Origin: an uncultured Fidelibacterota bacterium
Lineage (GTDB): Bacteria > Fidelibacterota > Marinisomatia > Marinisomatales > UBA8229
DNA length: 64,000 nucleotides
Reading direction: 5' to 3'
Assembly (NCBI GenBank): GCA_913041945.1
Contig: CAJWIT010000002.1
Location: 17,716-81,715 of the forward strand
In this document: piece by piece, positions 9,638-19,430 of the stretch
How the letters are laid out: every line of letters begins with the position of its first letter
How positions within the stretch are numbered: position 1 is the stretch's first letter
Translations under genes and position numbers: made by a program
The notes under the pieces: generated by a model
What the model was told of the DNA's origin: nothing
Databases searched by the model: none
Seen by the model: the letters and a program-made list of their open reading frames with translations, nothing else

Positions 9638-12600
9638 ATGCAACCCATTCTAAAAAAAATTTTTGGGTCGAGATCTGATAGGGAAATCAAAATTCTCTTA
9701 CCTATCGTTGATGAGATCAACCAAATTGCCGAAACTCTCTCTTCAAAAAGTGAAGTAGAATTAGTCTCCAGATCTCAAGAGATTCGTAAAGAGATTATTT
9801 CAGCAAGGGAATCCGCTGAACAGGAATTACAAGAAAAAAATCTGACGGAGAAAGAACTTAAAAAACTTCTTCAAAAGACAGAACAGAGTACACTGGATGA
9901 ATACATGCCGGAAGCCTTCGCCATGGTTAAGGAAACATGCCGACATCTTATGGGACATTCCTGGCAAATGACCGGACAGACTACCGAGTGGAATATGATT
10001 CCCTATGACGTTCAGATTGCAGGAGCAATTATTTTGCACCGGGGAAAAATCACGGAAATGAAAACCGGCGAGGGAAAAACGTTAGTAGCAACCATGCCAA
10101 TTTTTCTGAACGCGCTCACTGGTCGTGGTGTACATATAATCACCGTAAACGATTATCTTGCTCAACGTGATGCTGAATGGATGGGAGAAGTCTATAAGAA
10201 GTTAGGATTGACTGTTGGATATTTACAGAATTCTATGGATAACAATCAACGCAGAGAAGCTTACAATTGTGATATCACTTATGGAACAAATACGGAATTT
10301 GGGTTTGACTACCTTCGAGACAACATGTCTCTGGCTGCGGAAGACCAAGTCCAACGTGGCCATGCTTTCGCTGTGGTTGACGAAGTAGACAGTGTTCTTA
10401 TCGATGAGGCGAGAACACCTCTAATTATTTCTGGATCAGTGGATGCACCAGTGGATAAAACTTTTCAGGACCTAAAACCCCTTATCCAAAATCTCGTACG
10501 AAAACAGAATTCATTGGTATCAGAATTGGTGAAACATGCAGAATCCTATTTAAAGGAAAACAAAGAACAGGATGCTGGCCTTAAACTCCTTCAGGCAAAC
10601 CGGGGAATGCCAAAACATCGTCAGCTTAGGAAGATTTTTCAGGAATCTGGTATGATTAAGCTAGCGCACAATGTTGAGTCCTCTTACATACGTGATAAAC
10701 AAATGCATAAAGTAGATGAGGACCTTTATTTTAGCATCGATGAAAAATCCCACATTATTGATATCACAGAAAAAGGACGACAGCTTCTTGCCCCGAATAA
10801 TCCAGAAACTTTTGTGATCCCTGATTTGGGTGAACTGCTGAATGACATAGATAGTCAATTAGATTTAAAACCAAACCAGATTGCACAAGAAAAAGAAAAA
10901 GCCCATCAGCTTCACGCAGAACGAAGTGGAAAAATCCATAATATTAATCAGCTCCTCCGTGCTTACACCCTGTACGAAAAGGATGTGGAATATGTTATAC
11001 AGGAAGGGAAAGTGATGATCGTGGATGAATTCACAGGTCGTGTATTACCGGGAAGAAGGTACAGTGAAGGTCTTCATCAGGCTTTGGAAGCGAAAGAAAA
11101 TGTTACCATTGAGAGAGAGACGCAGACTTTAGCTACAATCACAATCCAAAATTATTTTCGCCTCTATGATAAATTATCTGGAATGACTGGGACTGCTGAA
11201 ACTGAAGCAGAGGAATTTGGAGCCATTTATAACTTGGATGTAACTGTGGTTCCCACTCATACTTCTATTAATCGGGAAGATAGAGACGATTTAGTGTATA
11301 AAACAAAACGCGAAAAATACAATGCTGTCATAGAAGAAATTTCAAACTGTTATAAACGGGGGCAGCCTGTTCTGGTTGGAACAATTTCTGTGGAAGTATC
11401 AGAACTGTTATCTCGAATGTTAAAACGTAAAGGAATTCTCCACAATGTGCTGAATGCCAAACAGCACCAGAAAGAAGCTGAAATTGTAACAAGGGCAGGT
11501 CAATCAGGGGCCATAACCATTGCCACCAATATGGCGGGCCGCGGGACAGACATAAAACTAGGAAGTGGTGTAAAAGAAGTGAGCGGGCTTCACATCTTGG
11601 GTACAGAACGCCATGATTCCCGAAGGATTGATCTTCAGCTCCGGGGTCGGTCGGGTAGACAGGGAGATCCGGGATCATCCCAGTTCTATTTATCTTTGGA
11701 GGATGACCTCATGAGGCTGTTTGGCTCTGATAGAATTGCAGGAATTATGGACAAAATGGGTGTAGAAGAAGGAGAGGTTATTACAGCCAAAATGGTAACC
11801 AGGGCTATTTCCAATGCACAGAAAAAAGTGGAGGGGCGAAACTATGGTATACGAAAACACCTCTTGGAATATGACGATGTGATGAATCAACAAAGGCAGG
11901 TGATTTATGATATCCGAAATCAAGCTCTCCATGGGGAAGATATGAAGGAGACAGTCTTGGAATTTATTGAAGAATATGTAGCGGACGAATTGGAATCCCA
12001 AGACAGTACCAATCCTGAAGACTGGAATTGGGAAAGCATAAAACAGAATATTGCATCCCACCTGTTGGTGGATGCAGATCCTGATTCCATAAAGAGTGAA
12101 TTAAACAAAGATGACTTATCGATCGATGATGTCCGCGATTTTATTATAGAAAAAACAAAAAATGTGTATGCAGCCCGGGAATCGTTAGTCCCGGAAGAAA
12201 TCATGCGTGGCTTTGAACGGTTTGTTGTGTTGAGAACCATTGATGAAAAATGGAAAGATCATTTATACAGCATGGATCAAATCCGGGAGGGTATCAATCT
12301 GCGAGCTTATGGCCAGAAGGATCCCCTCCTGGAGTACAAGTCTGAAGGGTTTAACCTGTTTCAAATTATGATGGGTGAACTGAACAAAGCGACGGTTCAA
12401 AGATTACTCAGAACCCAACTTCAAGGAATGGAACAAGCGCCCCAAATGCGCAGACAACAGGTAAGAAATGTCCAGACACAGCATAAAGATACTACTGGAA
12501 TGGGGTTTGCAGGACAAACCAGGGCCAGGCAGGAAAAACAACCTGACAAGCCTGCACGAACGCCTGTTCATATTGAGAAGAAGATAGGTAGAAACGAAAA

Positions 12601-12691
12601 AATTACGATGGTAAGCCCCAGTGGGAAAAAAGTAATGATCAAGCATAAAAAACTTCAGCAATATTTGAATCAGGGATATACTGAGGTTTAG
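9638..12691 (+). CDS. secA: Preprotein translocase ATPase SecA
   Basis: 1017 aa. MKTGEGKTLVAT (Walker A), VTVNDYLA.RD, VDEVDS.LIDEARTPLIISG, GMTGTA.TE..EF, ATNMAGRGTDI.LG, LHI.GTERH.SRRID.QLRGRSGRQGDPG. Confidence 0.97.
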   Translation: MQPILKKIFGSRSDREIKILLPIVDEINQIAETLSSKSEVELVSRSQEIRKEIISARESAEQELQEKNLTEKELKKLLQKTEQSTLDEYMPEAFAMVKETCRHLMGHSWQMTGQTTEWNMIPYDVQIAGAIILHRGKITEMKTGEGKTLVATMPIFLNALTGRGVHIITVNDYLAQRDAEWMGEVYKKLGLTVGYLQNSMDNNQRREAYNCDITYGTNTEFGFDYLRDNMSLAAEDQVQRGHAFAVVDEVDSVLIDEARTPLIISGSVDAPVDKTFQDLKPLIQNLVRKQNSLVSELVKHAESYLKENKEQDAGLKLLQANRGMPKHRQLRKIFQESGMIKLAHNVESSYIRDKQMHKVDEDLYFSIDEKSHIIDITEKGRQLLAPNNPETFVIPDLGELLNDIDSQLDLKPNQIAQEKEKAHQLHAERSGKIHNINQLLRAYTLYEKDVEYVIQEGKVMIVDEFTGRVLPGRRYSEGLHQALEAKENVTIERETQTLATITIQNYFRLYDKLSGMTGTAETEAEEFGAIYNLDVTVVPTHTSINREDRDDLVYKTKREKYNAVIEEISNCYKRGQPVLVGTISVEVSELLSRMLKRKGILHNVLNAKQHQKEAEIVTRAGQSGAITIATNMAGRGTDIKLGSGVKEVSGLHILGTERHDSRRIDLQLRGRSGRQGDPGSSQFYLSLEDDLMRLFGSDRIAGIMDKMGVEEGEVITAKMVTRAISNAQKKVEGRNYGIRKHLLEYDDVMNQQRQVIYDIRNQALHGEDMKETVLEFIEEYVADELESQDSTNPEDWNWESIKQNIASHLLVDADPDSIKSELNKDDLSIDDVRDFIIEKTKNVYAARESLVPEEIMRGFERFVVLRTIDEKWKDHLYSMDQIREGINLRAYGQKDPLLEYKSEGFNLFQIMMGELNKATVQRLLRTQLQGMEQAPQMRRQQVRNVQTQHKDTTGMGFAGQTRARQEKQPDKPARTPVHIEKKIGRNEKITMVSPSGKKVMIKHKKLQQYLNQGYTEV

Positions 12692-12781
12692 TAAGTCATT
12701 AGTCCGAAATCAACGATCTTTTGGAACCAGGTAAAGAGTGACGACTTTTTTTAAAGTTTTACTGTAATTTCCCACTGATTT

Positions 12782-12864
12782 GCCGTGGTGGTGGAACTGG
12801 TAGACACGCTAGATTTAGGATCTAGTCTCTTCTGGAGGTGCAGGTTCGAGTCCTGTCCGCGGCA
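12782..12864 (+). tRNA. tRNA-Leu (anticodon UAG), type II with long variable arm, no encoded CCA
   Basis: Cloverleaf folded by hand. Acceptor GCCGTGG/CCGCGGC with one G-U pair, discriminator A. D-arm GTG..CAC with GG in the loop. Anticodon stem CTAGA/TCTAG, loop TTTAGGA (anticodon TAG). 14-nt variable arm with CTC/GAG stem. T-arm GCAGG-TTCGAGT-CCTGT. Confidence 0.9.
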
Positions 12865-12876
12865 CAAAAATACTTA

Positions 12877-15800
12877 TTACAATTCTTTAACCAAACCACC
12901 AAATTTCCGGTTAATCTGGAAGCCCAGTTTATAGAATAATCCTGCCTGAAAAAAGCCAATGGTCACATATTTATACCGCTGATCCCTTAACCGATTGAAT
13001 AATTCTTCCAGTAATTTCAGACTCAGGTGTCTCTTCCGGTATGGATAACGAATGACAATTTTTTCAATGTAAGCAGTTTTCTCCTCAGTTTTTTTCCAGT
13101 AGACACCACCTACCATCTGGTTGTTAGAATTAATAAGCAAAAGAAACTCGTGTTGGGGCTGAAAAATACCAGGAAGATTGGCTTCACCAAGCAAAGAATG
13201 AAAGCGGGCAATCTCTTTTGGCTTGAATGGGGGTCGAATCCGGTATCTGTCACCAGTGCTGTCTTCAGCTAAAGAAATTAAGTCAAGCCTACTTTTCGAA
13301 CCTGTTTCCCATACAATTAATTCTCCTTCTTCAGCAGCATCCAGATGTTCAAATAGAAGTCTGGTTAAAAAGAATTCTTCTTCTTTAGTAAGGGTAATAT
13401 TCTCATGGATATGGTGGAGGTGAGATCCTAAATCTTCAAGTGTAACAGTCCTGGCTCTCAATTTCTTTTGGAGTGAAAGCAATTCATCAATCAATTCCGG
13501 TTTGGAATCCTTAAAACAGGACATGAGGAAAAATCGAATCCTTGTTTCCGGATAATCATCCAACAGGTCTCTAAGACGATAATCTTTGTATAACTCTTGT
13601 AGAATTGAGCCTCGTGCCTGAACCGAAGCCTTCGGATTTAATTCTAACCACCGCTGGTATCTCAATGATGCAAATACTACCTGCTTGGTCAAAATTCCAT
13701 TTTCATTAACTTCATCAATAAATGAAGTAATCTGATCTTGAAGTAAGCCTAACGATTCTCCCTTTTGTTTTATGGGCTTTTCCTGAAACTCTTCTTGTAA
13801 ATCCTTCAGAAATTCAAGCCCCCGTTTCACTGTAACCACCTGAAGAAGGGCAGTAAATAGTACTTCCCAGCCTCCCATTCGTTTTAACCCTGGATAATCC
13901 TGTTCCGAAGTGATAATAAATCGACCATAGAGGGTAAATACAAAATCAGAAATGGTGGTGAAGTGTTTGCGGTCGGATATGGAAATTAACCGAGTTCCAG
14001 TCGCATAATCATACCTGGGGACAATCAGGTTTTTTGTCGATGGATTAGCGGAATAAAGAACATATCCTGTTCTATACCAAAAATCCATATAAGCCATGAG
14101 GCCACTCCAAACGAAATGAAGCCATTGCATTTGCCATCGATCAGCAGCTTTTCCGCTTGCAATTTCTTCACGGTTTCGTTCAAGATGCTGGTAAAGAGTT
14201 TCACCGGGTATATACTCTTCGGTATACAGACCATACCTGGACCAATATCCACCAAAATCCTCTACAAGTTTCGGCCCATAAATGGAAGAGCCAGTTGTGA
14301 TCAGCCACCTAATTTCATCCTGGATAAATAACTTACCTAGGTTTTCGTCAAGATTAATAACAAAATTATACGAGTCTGAACTTCTAGTCTGTACAAGGAC
14401 GCGAAATACGCTCTTCCCATGATTACTACCCAGGAAAGAAACCCAAATTCCATTTTTCGGGATATCTTCCAGCCTGATTAACCGGTGATTGGAAAAGAGG
14501 AAAATAGCCTCTTGAAGCAATACAGTATTCCCCATTGCTTCCATCAATTTTTTTCGGGATTCCTCTTCAACATTTTTATCAAAAAGAATTGTATCTCCCC
14601 AGGAATATTCATCATCTGTGTCTGGATCAATTGCTAAATGCCTATCAACTCCGATCCATTCCCTAAAACCGCTGGTGAGTGTCACTAATGCTTTTTTAAC
14701 TGTAGAAAGAACCTGCTTCTTCGCACCGGATAGCTCCCATCGAATCAGCTCCACTCTTGCCCATATATAGCTTTTGGGGTGTAAAACACCATAAATTGCT
14801 ATAATCTTTAAAAGAAAGCACAGAAAGGACTGTTTTTTCGCATTGAGGGATTTTTCTTCAAGCCGTTTGGTTATTACATACTTGAGAAGAGCGTCAAAAT
14901 GTTCCTGTTGAATACGTTGGACATCAAAATCTATCTTTTTTATATCATCAGTCTTTTTCAACCTTTCACATATGCTTGTGAGAAATGCAAGAAATGCTGA
15001 ACCGGAAATGTGAGATAAAAGATACTCAAGAGACTTAATTTGAACCTCTTGTGAAGGATGAAATTGAAGACGAAGGAGAACTTTATGAACTATTTCCTTA
15101 AAATCACCTGTATTATTTTCAAGGTCCTGATGCAGATGGTTCATTGCACTGACCATATTGTCATTTTTAGGGTGATGTAAAACAATCGCTGATTCGTGAA
15201 GAAGTTGCAGTGAGGATGCCTTTCTTTGGCTGATGTTCTCTCTTTTTCCATTTGGGAGTTTTGGGAATCTTCCATCTCCCCAGGGGAGTGACCTCACATT
15301 GAGTTGTATATCCGAATTGATTTCAAACCTTGATATCCGGAATGCGATAGAACCAATGAAATCAACAAGAGGTTGGTTGCCAACCCAGAGATAAGGAGAA
15401 ATCATCAGCGTTTCCAAATCTACATATTCTTTACTAGTTATATAAGAAAAGTCGCCAATCTGAAATATCCCGGAATTCGGTCGTATTACAAGTGACTTCG
15501 TCTCATTCCGGATAGATACAGTTTTTCCGTCCCAGTGTATATCAGATGGGATTACTCCTTTTTCTCGTATTAACCAGTTTGGTATGCGGATTTCAAATCC
15601 TTTACACATAAGACTGGTGTAAATTTTTTCGTACATTGGATCAATAATTTCTACGAAATTTTTCAGGATAATATTTCGTTTATATGTTTCTTTACGGGTT
15701 AGTTCACCGTACTCTTCTGAAAAATCCCGTTGAATGATGGCAAAATTCACAATCCGTTCATACGGGGCAAGAAAACTGTTAACTGATTGCACCAGAGAAC

Positions 15801-17496
15801 CAAAATAGTCGCGAAATTCCTGTTTTGAATTTTTCTGTATTTCCAAAGGAATTTGTTCATACTTTGGGTAAAGTAGAACGGTATTGTGCTCTCGTCCATC
15901 TCCGACAAGAAAAACTGATTTTATTGTGTCAAAATCCTGAAAAAGATTTTCAATCTTTTGGGGAGAGATGGTTTGTCCCCTATTGTTTTTATATATTTCC
16001 TTTTTTCTGCCAATGATGAAGAGATGGCCTTTTTTACGTTTGAAAATATCACCAGTGTGGAACCAATTGTCGGAATAATCGGTGGAAATAATTTCTCCAA
16101 AATAACCTGGAGAAACATATGATCCACAAATTAAAAGTTCACCATCTTCAGTAATTTCGGTTTCAATCCCGGGAAGCGGCTTACCTACAGAATCCCGAAG
16201 ATACTCGTCAACCGGTGTCATTGTGATTCCTCCAGTTGCTTCTGTCATTCCATAACCACTCAAAAGATAAATACCATTTTTCTGATAAAATTCAAAAATG
16301 TCAGGATCAAGATATCCGGCTGCCGAAAGTCCTAGTTTAAGCTTTCCTCCAGTTAATTTTTTCAAAACTGTTTTTATCTTTTCGGGTGGTAATTGATCAT
16401 GTTGAGTTTGATTATTGATTTGTTCGTATAGTTGAATCCATCGTTTCGGAATACTAATGAAGACTGTAGGCTGGACAACCGAAAAATTCTTCAAAAGAGT
16501 TTTGTAAGCAGGAGATTCAGCAAAGGCATATGTAGCGCCCCAGAAAATTGTCCCAATCATTTCCAGGTACCGACCAAACGTATGATAGAGGGGTAAATAG
16601 GAAAGAAAAATATCATTATTTGATAAATCCGGTAATGCGAGTGCCCGGGAAAACCGTTTGGAAATTATATTCATTTGAGTGAAAATAATGCCCTTCGGAT
16701 TCGCTGTTGTACCCGATGTATACATAACAGTTGACACTCCATCATTTTCAGTTGTATTTAATCGGTTTTCAAGTATGTCTTGAGGCACGTTTTTACCAAT
16801 TGACAAAAATTCTTCCCATGTTTGGGATGGGAAATCAAGTGAGTGCATATCGGGAAGTTGGGTTACTGATAAAACTCCTGAATTACCTCGGAGCTGATTA
16901 AAAAGATTGTGTGGTTCGGCCCCACCAATAAAAAGATGTGTAATCCCTGCATGGTCAAGTATGTAATTCAAATCCGTTTTGGAAAGATTGATTGGGACAG
17001 GAACTACACGAAAATTGAAAGAAAGACAGGCTAAATCTAATAAGGCTCCATATAAAGAATTTGTTGTCAAAATACCGATAACTGGATGAGAGAAGCCATC
17101 GGTTGATTTGGAAAGAGATTTGGCAATTCCCCAAATGTATTTCCAAGCTTGTTTATATGTAATAGTTACAACATCTTTCCCTTCAACAATTTGAAACAAT
17201 GCTTTTTGGGGATAGGTTCCTACTCGCTGCATTATCAAATTACCTACATGAAAATTAGATTGCCTCGTTAAACTGATTAACAATTCAATCCACATTTCCT
17301 TTTTATCTGACTTATAAAAAGTCTTATTCACCAGAGGAAGATGGCCAGCTTTGAGAAAGGAATGAACCGTTTCGGGAGGGTAGTTTCCCTCTAACAATTT
17401 CTGTGCAATGGTAAAAAGTAATGCTTCATCCGGTGATGAAGATTTTGCTTTTTCTATGACACTATTTATATACGAACAAGATAAATTTCTCATCAT
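12877..17496 (-). CDS. Giant fusion protein: AMP-forming long-chain acyl-CoA synthetase domain + ~800-aa uncharacterised region + C-terminal GNAT N-acyltransferase domain
   Basis: Uninterrupted 1,539-aa ORF. Aa ~95-625 form a complete adenylate-forming enzyme: YTSGTTANPKG, LPLYH, GYGMTEATGG, WFHTGD, GRKKEIYKNNRGQTISPQKIE and the COG1022-type tail GELTRKETYKRNII. Aa ~1420-1539 are GNAT-like: GGVYWKK...AYIEKIVIRYPYRKRHLSLKLLEELFNRLRDQRYKYVTIGF. I cannot assign the middle region. Confidence 0.75.
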   Translation of the reverse strand: MMRNLSCSYINSVIEKAKSSSPDEALLFTIAQKLLEGNYPPETVHSFLKAGHLPLVNKTFYKSDKKEMWIELLISLTRQSNFHVGNLIMQRVGTYPQKALFQIVEGKDVVTITYKQAWKYIWGIAKSLSKSTDGFSHPVIGILTTNSLYGALLDLACLSFNFRVVPVPINLSKTDLNYILDHAGITHLFIGGAEPHNLFNQLRGNSGVLSVTQLPDMHSLDFPSQTWEEFLSIGKNVPQDILENRLNTTENDGVSTVMYTSGTTANPKGIIFTQMNIISKRFSRALALPDLSNNDIFLSYLPLYHTFGRYLEMIGTIFWGATYAFAESPAYKTLLKNFSVVQPTVFISIPKRWIQLYEQINNQTQHDQLPPEKIKTVLKKLTGGKLKLGLSAAGYLDPDIFEFYQKNGIYLLSGYGMTEATGGITMTPVDEYLRDSVGKPLPGIETEITEDGELLICGSYVSPGYFGEIISTDYSDNWFHTGDIFKRKKGHLFIIGRKKEIYKNNRGQTISPQKIENLFQDFDTIKSVFLVGDGREHNTVLLYPKYEQIPLEIQKNSKQEFRDYFGSLVQSVNSFLAPYERIVNFAIIQRDFSEEYGELTRKETYKRNIILKNFVEIIDPMYEKIYTSLMCKGFEIRIPNWLIREKGVIPSDIHWDGKTVSIRNETKSLVIRPNSGIFQIGDFSYITSKEYVDLETLMISPYLWVGNQPLVDFIGSIAFRISRFEINSDIQLNVRSLPWGDGRFPKLPNGKRENISQRKASSLQLLHESAIVLHHPKNDNMVSAMNHLHQDLENNTGDFKEIVHKVLLRLQFHPSQEVQIKSLEYLLSHISGSAFLAFLTSICERLKKTDDIKKIDFDVQRIQQEHFDALLKYVITKRLEEKSLNAKKQSFLCFLLKIIAIYGVLHPKSYIWARVELIRWELSGAKKQVLSTVKKALVTLTSGFREWIGVDRHLAIDPDTDDEYSWGDTILFDKNVEEESRKKLMEAMGNTVLLQEAIFLFSNHRLIRLEDIPKNGIWVSFLGSNHGKSVFRVLVQTRSSDSYNFVINLDENLGKLFIQDEIRWLITTGSSIYGPKLVEDFGGYWSRYGLYTEEYIPGETLYQHLERNREEIASGKAADRWQMQWLHFVWSGLMAYMDFWYRTGYVLYSANPSTKNLIVPRYDYATGTRLISISDRKHFTTISDFVFTLYGRFIITSEQDYPGLKRMGGWEVLFTALLQVVTVKRGLEFLKDLQEEFQEKPIKQKGESLGLLQDQITSFIDEVNENGILTKQVVFASLRYQRWLELNPKASVQARGSILQELYKDYRLRDLLDDYPETRIRFFLMSCFKDSKPELIDELLSLQKKLRARTVTLEDLGSHLHHIHENITLTKEEEFFLTRLLFEHLDAAEEGELIVWETGSKSRLDLISLAEDSTGDRYRIRPPFKPKEIARFHSLLGEANLPGIFQPQHEFLLLINSNNQMVGGVYWKKTEEKTAYIEKIVIRYPYRKRHLSLKLLEELFNRLRDQRYKYVTIGFFQAGLFYKLGFQINRKFGGLVKEL

Positions 17497-17664
17497 CGGA
17501 AATTAAGATATTTCAAGAAAACTTCTCGATACCTAATCAGTAAAATTCTAATATTAGAGGAAATGGTTTTCCTTCATCTCTTTTAATTCTTTATCTTAAG
17601 TTCTCGTAAAAAATATTCATTCCACTTTATTACTTTAACATAATAAACCAATTTAGGTTAACCA

Positions 17665-19359
17665 ATGAAAAATAAAAAAGAATCTGCTTTTTCTCTTACT
17701 CAACAAGAAATCACTGAATTACTAAAAACCACACCTTCTGGGATCAAAAAATATATTGACGAACTTGAAGGTCAGATTAAAAATCTATCTGAAATTGGAG
17801 TTGCACTCTCAAAGGAAAAAGATATGGGAAAATTATTAGAAACAATTCTTCTTGAGGCCAAAAGAATTTCCTCAGCAGACGGTGGGACAATATATATGAT
17901 AACCGATGATAATCGCTTAAAATTCGAAATAATGATGACAGACTCCTTAGGAATTCATTATGGAGGGACATCCGCTGAACCTATTCCGGATACCATATAC
18001 CCGGTTAAGTTGTACAATCCAGAAACAAATAAACCAAATCACAAGAATGTATCAGCCTATGCCGCATTGACCGGAAATACAGTAAATATTAAGGATGCTT
18101 ATAAAGAGAAAGGATTTGATTTTTCCGGTACAAAAGGGTGGGATAAAAAATATGAATACCGTTCAAAATCGTTTTTAACGGTGCCAATGAAAAACCATGA
18201 AGATAACATTATTGGTGTTCTTCAGTTATTGAATTCTAAAAATCCAAAGACAGGTGAAATCGTTTCATTTTCTACCTCGATAAAAATGATTGAAAGTCTT
18301 TCCAGTCAAGCTGCTATTGCAATCACAAACAAAAATTTAATTAGAGAATTAGAGGTTCTTTTTGAATCGTTCATTAAACTAATTGCAACCGCTATCGATA
18401 AAAAATCTGCGTACACCGGGGGACATTGCAGTCGTGTCCCGGAGATTACAATGATGCTTGCAAATGCCGTAGAAAAAAGTACATACGGGAAATATAAGGA
18501 TTTCAAAATGACTCCGGATGAACGATATGAATTGCATATTGCTGCCTGGCTTCATGATTGTGGTAAAGTAGCCACACCTACCTATATCGTGGATAAAGGA
18601 ACAAAACTGGAGACAATTTATGACCGAGTTGATGTTATCAAAAAAAAGTTTGAGATTCTCCGTCGTGATAAAGAGATTGAATTTTTAAAGAAAAAATATA
18701 AGTTGAAAAAAAATGATAAAATCATCTTAGTAAAACTCAAGGATGAATATCAAAGACAAATGAATCAATTGGATGAAGATGAAACATTTCTTGAGCGATG
18801 TAATATTGGTGGTGAATTTATGCGTGAAGAATTTCAGGAACGGGTAATACAGATTGCAAAATATCCTTTTAAAGAAAAAGGCAAAAAAAAACCCTTTCTA
18901 TCAAAAAACGAAGTACGAAACTTAAACATTCCCAAAGGAACTCTGCTTCCCGAAGAACGGGAAATAATTAATGATCATATTTCCATTACTATTAATATGT
19001 TGGAGCAACTACCATATCCCGATCGATTAAAAGATGTACCCGAGCTTGCTGGTGGTCATCATGAAAAATTAGACGGTACGGGATATCCGCAGGGACTGAC
19101 TGAAAATCAAATGTCTCCACAGGCCAAAATAATGGCAATCGCTGATATTTACGAAGCATTAACCGCTGCTGACCGACCTTATAAGGAGGGGAAAAAACTT
19201 TCAGAAGCAATGCGAATTATGGGTTTTATGAAGAAAGATCACCATATTGATAAAGATTTATTTAAAATTTTTGTGAAAGAAGGAATCTATAAGAAGTATG
19301 CGAAAAAATATCTAAAACCAAACCAAATTGACAAAGTTGATGAAACAGCAATATTATAA
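17665..19359 (+). CDS. GAF domain-containing HD-GYP-type phosphohydrolase (probable cyclic-di-GMP phosphodiesterase)
   Basis: 564 aa. GAF-like region at aa ~55-225 (LLETILLEAKRISSADGGTIYM...IIGVLQLLN). HD domain: H..RV......LA, WLHDCGK at aa 295-301, HHEKLDGTGYPQGL at aa 465-478, IADIYEALTA.DRPYK. Confidence 0.8.
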   Translation: MKNKKESAFSLTQQEITELLKTTPSGIKKYIDELEGQIKNLSEIGVALSKEKDMGKLLETILLEAKRISSADGGTIYMITDDNRLKFEIMMTDSLGIHYGGTSAEPIPDTIYPVKLYNPETNKPNHKNVSAYAALTGNTVNIKDAYKEKGFDFSGTKGWDKKYEYRSKSFLTVPMKNHEDNIIGVLQLLNSKNPKTGEIVSFSTSIKMIESLSSQAAIAITNKNLIRELEVLFESFIKLIATAIDKKSAYTGGHCSRVPEITMMLANAVEKSTYGKYKDFKMTPDERYELHIAAWLHDCGKVATPTYIVDKGTKLETIYDRVDVIKKKFEILRRDKEIEFLKKKYKLKKNDKIILVKLKDEYQRQMNQLDEDETFLERCNIGGEFMREEFQERVIQIAKYPFKEKGKKKPFLSKNEVRNLNIPKGTLLPEEREIINDHISITINMLEQLPYPDRLKDVPELAGGHHEKLDGTGYPQGLTENQMSPQAKIMAIADIYEALTAADRPYKEGKKLSEAMRIMGFMKKDHHIDKDLFKIFVKEGIYKKYAKKYLKPNQIDKVDETAIL

Positions 19360-19430
19360 TAATAAAAAAATCCAATAAGTGACCCTGAAAATATCATCAG
19401 AAAACAATCGTTGAGAATAATAGTTAACAT

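Noticed and set aside
12782-17664. tRNA-Leu next to the giant fusion gene as a possible genomic-island integration site
   Set aside because: I saw no integrase, no direct repeat of the tRNA 3' end, and no obvious compositional break. The gene is convergent with the tRNA, with only 12 nt between them.
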